A stretch of DNA of 33,214 bases, taken from an uncultured Campylobacterales bacterium. Lineage in GTDB: Bacteria; Campylobacterota_A; Desulfurellia; JAADFJ01. Below, piece after piece: positions 29,169-33,214 of the stretch. Below the pieces are notes generated by a model that saw nothing but the letters and a program-made list of their open reading frames with translations, had not been told where the DNA came from and searched no databases. Within the stretch, counting starts at the first letter, position 1, and every line of letters starts with the position of its first letter. The DNA lies in the NCBI GenBank assembly GCA_964487285.1, contig CAZAPZ010000001.1, positions 8,239 to 41,452 on the forward strand, read 5' to 3'. A program made the position numbers and the translations under genes.

Positions 29169-29855
29169 TTATACGCCTGCCATTGTGAAAAAGTAGACAC
29201 TATTTGAATATTTTTTTATCGCTTTTGCAGCTTCATTTATCGTTGAACCCGTTGTAAAAACATCGTCAATTATGAGAACATTTTTTCCGTTTATTTTTTT
29301 ATCTGCAATAAAACTGTTTTTAACATTCTTTTTTCGCTCCTTACTGCTCAAAGATGTTTGACTTACCGTGAAATGCGTTTTCATAAGCGCTGTTGAGATC
29401 GGCTTTTCTATCCATTGTGAAATTTTTTGTGCGATAAGCAAAGATTGATTGAACCCTCTTTTATATGCATGCTCTGCTGTTATAGGTATAGGCACAACCG
29501 TATCGCATTCGAACTTCGCCAAGGCATCAATTATCTTACTTTTATATAGATCTAAGATTTTGATCTGATATACATTCTTTTTATATTTTATATTATGTAT
29601 CCATTCTTTGACTGCTCCAAAATATTGAAAAAAACAGATACCCTGTACAAATGATTTTTTTTCAGTCAAGCAGGATTGACATAGATACGATGAAGGTGCA
29701 GACGGTAAAGGTCTTCCGCACTTTGTGCAGCGTGTTTCAGGAATTATGAACAAAGGTTGACATTGATCGCACAACAAGCTTCCGTTTTTTCCGCATACTA
29801 CACATCTTTCAGGAAAAACCGGTTCTAATATCTTATTTAAAACCGTCTTTATCAT
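29169..29855 (-). CDS. comF: ComF family protein (zinc ribbon + phosphoribosyltransferase domain)
   Basis: Four CxxC pairs, RGFNQS, IIDDVFTTGST. Confidence 0.92.
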   Translation of the reverse strand: MIKTVLNKILEPVFPERCVVCGKNGSLLCDQCQPLFIIPETRCTKCGRPLPSAPSSYLCQSCLTEKKSFVQGICFFQYFGAVKEWIHNIKYKKNVYQIKILDLYKSKIIDALAKFECDTVVPIPITAEHAYKRGFNQSLLIAQKISQWIEKPISTALMKTHFTVSQTSLSSKERKKNVKNSFIADKKINGKNVLIIDDVFTTGSTINEAAKAIKKYSNSVYFFTMAGV

Positions 29856-30201
29856 TTTCCTTTCTACAGGTTATGCAAAATTTTGCCGTCGGCTTAATCT
29901 CAAGTCTTTTCCGATCAATAATTTTTCCACAGCTTATACATTCGCCGTAAGTTCCGTCTTTGATCCGTTTCATCGAATTTCTTATGGCATGGATCTCTTT
30001 GGATTTTCTCTCATACTCCATACCCTGAATTAACGCTGATTCCGACTTTGCAGCTTTGTCGATTATCTCTTTTTTTCTTCCGCTTTTTAACGAATCGGCT
30101 ACTTTGTCTAATTCAGTTTCCAACTCTTTGAGACGATTTTCTAATATTTTTTTATTTCTACGAATTATATCAAACATTAAATTATGCCTCATGCTTTTCA
30201 T
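29833..30201 (-). CDS. dksA: DksA/TraR C4 zinc-finger protein
   Basis: Coiled coil with EIIDKA tip, GTYGECISCG...RLEIKPTAKFCITC. Confidence 0.85.
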   Translation of the reverse strand: MKSMRHNLMFDIIRRNKKILENRLKELETELDKVADSLKSGRKKEIIDKAAKSESALIQGMEYERKSKEIHAIRNSMKRIKDGTYGECISCGKIIDRKRLEIKPTAKFCITCRKENDKDGFK

Positions 30202-30538
30202 TCAATTTCCTAATTTCATGATCTTTCCAGAGTTCTTCAAGTGCATATCTTTTTCTTGTCTCTTCTGTAAATATATCAACCATTATATCACCGAGATCCA
30301 TAAGTATCCAGTCGGAATTTCTTGTTCCTTCTATTTTAATATTCTTTATGCCGATTCCTCTCAACTCCCTTTCAACATAATCGGCAAGACTTATAGAATG
30401 TCTTTGGCTGGTGCTGGTGACAATTACGCTGTAATCGAAAAGTGATTTTTCAGGTGACATGCTGATTACACTGATATCACCTCCTTTTTTATCACTTAAA
30501 AGTTTTACTATATAGTCTATGATATCGTTTTCTTTCAT
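30182..30538 (-). CDS. rsfS: Ribosome silencing factor RsfS
   Basis: DKKGGDI, EG...WILMDLGDIMVDIF...RKRYALEELW. Start at MKEND, an ATGA overlap with nadD, with GAGG upstream. Confidence 0.95.
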   Translation of the reverse strand: MKENDIIDYIVKLLSDKKGGDISVISMSPEKSLFDYSVIVTSTSQRHSISLADYVERELRGIGIKNIKIEGTRNSDWILMDLGDIMVDIFTEETRKRYALEELWKDHEIRKLNEKHEA

Positions 30539-31098
30539 CTGTAAAGCCTCTTTTCGGTAATATATTTTTTTACAATATAAGGAGTCAAACAATCAACCAT
30601 TTTACCTTTATTTATTGTCATTCTAATTTGTGATGATGAGATATCAAGTCTATTCATCTTTATTTTTTGAAAATTTTGTAGTTTATGAAACGGATCATTG
30701 AAATCTACGGTTCTGCTGATTACTACAAATTGAGCAAGTTTAAAACAGGTTTGCCACTCTTTCCAATTTTGAAAATTAAGAAATTCATCGTGTCCAATTA
30801 AAAAAAAAAGTTCATCAAAAGAGTATTTTGTCTTGTAATGTCTGAGCGTATCTACCGTGCAGCAACTTTTGCCAGCTGCTTCATAATCATCAATTGTTAT
30901 AAAGCCAAGAGTGCCGAAGGCTAATTTAGCCATAGCTAACCTATCTTTGATAGATGCAAAAACCTTTTTATGAGCTGCTTTGCCTGTAGGAAGAATAATA
31001 AGTTTGTCAAGTCCAAGTTGTTCATAAAATTCTATAGCAGCTCTTATATGCCCGATATGAATGGGATCGAAACGGCCTCCGAAAATACCTATTTTCAT
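30535..31098 (-). CDS. nadD: Nicotinate-nucleotide adenylyltransferase
   Basis: GIFGGRFDPIHIGH, TVDTL, ISSSQIR, YITEKRLY. Confidence 0.96.
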   Translation of the reverse strand: MKIGIFGGRFDPIHIGHIRAAIEFYEQLGLDKLIILPTGKAAHKKVFASIKDRLAMAKLAFGTLGFITIDDYEAAGKSCCTVDTLRHYKTKYSFDELFFLIGHDEFLNFQNWKEWQTCFKLAQFVVISRTVDFNDPFHKLQNFQKIKMNRLDISSSQIRMTINKGKMVDCLTPYIVKKYITEKRLYR

Positions 31099-32342
31099 TA
31101 TCTGATCTGACCGTTTCCGAAAATGACATATTTGTATGTTGTCAGCTCGTTTAACCCCATAGGACCTCTGGCATGCAGCCTATTTGTTGATATTCCGATT
31201 TCAGCCCCCATACCGAATTCTCCTCCGTCTGTAAATCTTGTTGAACTGTTGACATAAACTGCGGCAGAATCCACAACATCCGTAAATCTCATTGCATTTG
31301 AGAAATTTTCAGTAATTATTGCATCTGAATGATGCGATCCGTAACGATTGATGTGTGTTATAGCTTCATCTACATCTTTGACGATTTTTATAGAAAGAAC
31401 AAGATCAAGATATTCGGCACTCCAGTCATCTTCCGTTGCTTTAACAACATCTATAATTTTATCTGTTTTTTCGCATCCTATAAGTTTTACCTTGGCGGCA
31501 GTTAGTTCACTTGCCATCTCAGGCAGGAATTCGTTTGCTATACTGCTGCTGACAAGAAGAGTTTCAACCGAATTGCATACGCCCGGTCTTTGAACCTTTG
31601 CATTATAGACAATTTTCTTTGCATTTTGCAAATTTGCCGAATAGTCAACATAAATATGGCATAATCCTTTTTCATGTTTAATGACAGGTATTTTACTATT
31701 TTCAGAAACGTAATGTATGAGTCCTGTTCCTCCTCTTGGTATAACAAGATCTACAGTGTCGTCCATTTTTAGAATAAGTTTGGCTGCAGCTCTATCGGAA
31801 GTGTTTACAAAATAAACCGCATTTTCGCTTAATCCGGCGAGTTTCAATGATTTGGTTAAAATGCCGCTTAATATTCTGTTAGTGCAAATTGCCTCTTTCC
31901 CACCTTTAAGTATAACGCAGTTACCGGCTTTTAGGCATAATGCAGCTGCATCAATAGTTACATTCGGACGGGATTCATATATTATAAATATCAATCCGAT
32001 AGGTATCTGCTTTTTTAGAAGTAAAAGACCGTTTGGTAGTTTTTTACTATCAATTATCTTACCGATAGGATCATCCAGCTTTCTTATAACATTTACCGAA
32101 TCTATAATTAATGTAATTCGCCTCTCATCGATAAGCAGTCTGTCAATTTTAGCGTCATTCAGCTGCTGATTATTTTTTATATCTATTCGGTTGGCTTGTA
32201 TGATCTCTTTTGCCTCCGCTTTTAAAAGCTTGCTTATATTTTCGAGCATGAGATTTTTCTTATTTGTATCGGCAGTTGATATATCAGGGAAAGCCGCTCT
32301 AACTTTTAAAGCATTATCGTAAATCAGTTTAGAAATGCCCAT
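31098..32342 (-). CDS. proA: Glutamate-5-semialdehyde dehydrogenase
   Basis: IIYESRPNVT, IPRGG, RPGVCNSVETLL, HSDAIIT, GFGAEIGIST-like GMGAEIGIST, HARGPMGL. Start at MGISK after AGGAGG. Confidence 0.98.
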   Translation of the reverse strand: MGISKLIYDNALKVRAAFPDISTADTNKKNLMLENISKLLKAEAKEIIQANRIDIKNNQQLNDAKIDRLLIDERRITLIIDSVNVIRKLDDPIGKIIDSKKLPNGLLLLKKQIPIGLIFIIYESRPNVTIDAAALCLKAGNCVILKGGKEAICTNRILSGILTKSLKLAGLSENAVYFVNTSDRAAAKLILKMDDTVDLVIPRGGTGLIHYVSENSKIPVIKHEKGLCHIYVDYSANLQNAKKIVYNAKVQRPGVCNSVETLLVSSSIANEFLPEMASELTAAKVKLIGCEKTDKIIDVVKATEDDWSAEYLDLVLSIKIVKDVDEAITHINRYGSHHSDAIITENFSNAMRFTDVVDSAAVYVNSSTRFTDGGEFGMGAEIGISTNRLHARGPMGLNELTTYKYVIFGNGQIR

Positions 32343-32359
32343 TTGACCTCCTTTTATGC

Positions 32360-32387
32360 ACAATAGTAGAATTTATGCTATTTTCAA
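32360..32387 (-). promoter_or_regulatory. Possible sigma70 promoter before proA
   Basis: TTGAAA-N16-TATTGT just upstream of the AGGAGG RBS, in the 188-bp proB-proA gap. Confidence 0.45.
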
Positions 32388-32530
32388 TGAAAAAGGTGCG
32401 TGATGATGAGAATTTTTAGGATTGTAAACGAAACTTAAACTTCAAACAATAAGTCCAACTGCCGCAATCCAAGTTTCTAATTATGCGGTGGATACTGATA
32501 TGAAAAATTTGATGTACAGTTTGAGATAAG

Positions 32531-33214
32531 TTAGTTATAAAAAACGATATTCTCGCGCCTTACCAATACATCACCGTAGCTGAATCCAAGAATCTTAGTG
32601 ATTTCAGAACTGTTTTTTCCTATGATGCCAATAGTATCGCTATGACTATAGTTAATTATACCTTTTCCCATTATGGCGCCGTCTTGTAATATATCCACAA
32701 TATCGCCTCTGCTGAACTGACCTTCCGCTTTTAATACTCCTGCGGGAAGCAGTGAGCCTCCTGACTTTATAGCTTTTATCGCTCCACTATCAAGATAAAG
32801 TTTGCCCTCTGATACACTGCCGTATAAAAGCCAGTATTTTTTCGCCTGAAGGTGGGTTTTTGAAGGATAAATAATGGTTCCCATCCTGCTTCCGGAAACT
32901 ATCGTTGTTATTATATTCTCCAATCTTCCATCGGCTACAACCGATGTAACGCCGCTCTCAGATGCTTTTTTAATTGCTTTTATCTTACTCTGCATTCCAC
33001 CGGTTCCGCATCTTGATGTATGATCTGATATATTTATAGTCATATTATCTATGTCGGCTATCTCTCGTAACATTTTTGCATTCTTATTTGTCTTTGGGTC
33101 TTTATCGTATATTCCAGCCACATCCGTAAGCAATATTAGAAGATCTGCTTCGATAAGACTTGAAACAAGGCTTGACAGATTGTCGTTATCGCCGAAGCAT
33201 AGCTCGTCAACGAC
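32531..33214 (-). CDS. proB: Glutamate 5-kinase with PUA domain (5' truncated by the window)
   Basis: Frame open from the window edge: FGDNDNLS...LLILLTDV, GTGGMQSKIKA, SLLPAGV PUA domain. Confidence 0.97.
   Translation of the reverse strand, partial: VVDELCFGDNDNLSSLVSSLIEADLLILLTDVAGIYDKDPKTNKNAKMLREIADIDNMTINISDHTSRCGTGGMQSKIKAIKKASESGVTSVVADGRLENIITTIVSGSRMGTIIYPSKTHLQAKKYWLLYGSVSEGKLYLDSGAIKAIKSGGSLLPAGVLKAEGQFSRGDIVDILQDGAIMGKGIINYSHSDTIGIIGKNSSEITKILGFSYGDVLVRRENIVFYN

Noticed and set aside
30800-30809. A10 tract in nadD (also T9 in DUF302) as a phase-variation site
   Set aside because: Both genes are in frame, and A/T runs are expected at this base composition.

Overview
AT-rich bacterial chromosomal segment, mostly core genes. 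Gene order and protein features suggest a flagellated Desulfurellales/Campylobacterota- or deltaproteobacteria-like organism; this is inferred, not searched. Left to right: 5' part of a sigma54-driven FliK-like gene with an internal repeat, DUF302, TonB, RNase P RNA, an Amidase_3 with a His-to-Tyr change at a Zn ligand, an internally deleted IS256 with both ends, a XapBCD/PilIGH-like ABC module, metE, about 1 kb of IS debris with a half attC-like site, a Gate-domain gene pair, an AsmA-like gene, a FlgR/FlrC-type regulator, flgBC-fliEFGHI and a FliJ-TM-MotE-like fusion ORF. A long minus-strand run follows: proB-proA-nadD-rsfS-dksA-comF-gap-pgk-tpiA-secG-SBP-pyrG. No CRISPR array, tRNA, rRNA, prophage or intact transposase was seen, and I cannot claim a clearly new multi-gene system. 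The best leads are the FliJ-MotE fusion (possibly a single-base artefact), the pilin-less Xap/Pil ABC module, the FliK-like repeat, the altered amidase and a recurring 16-bp sigma70 spacer.
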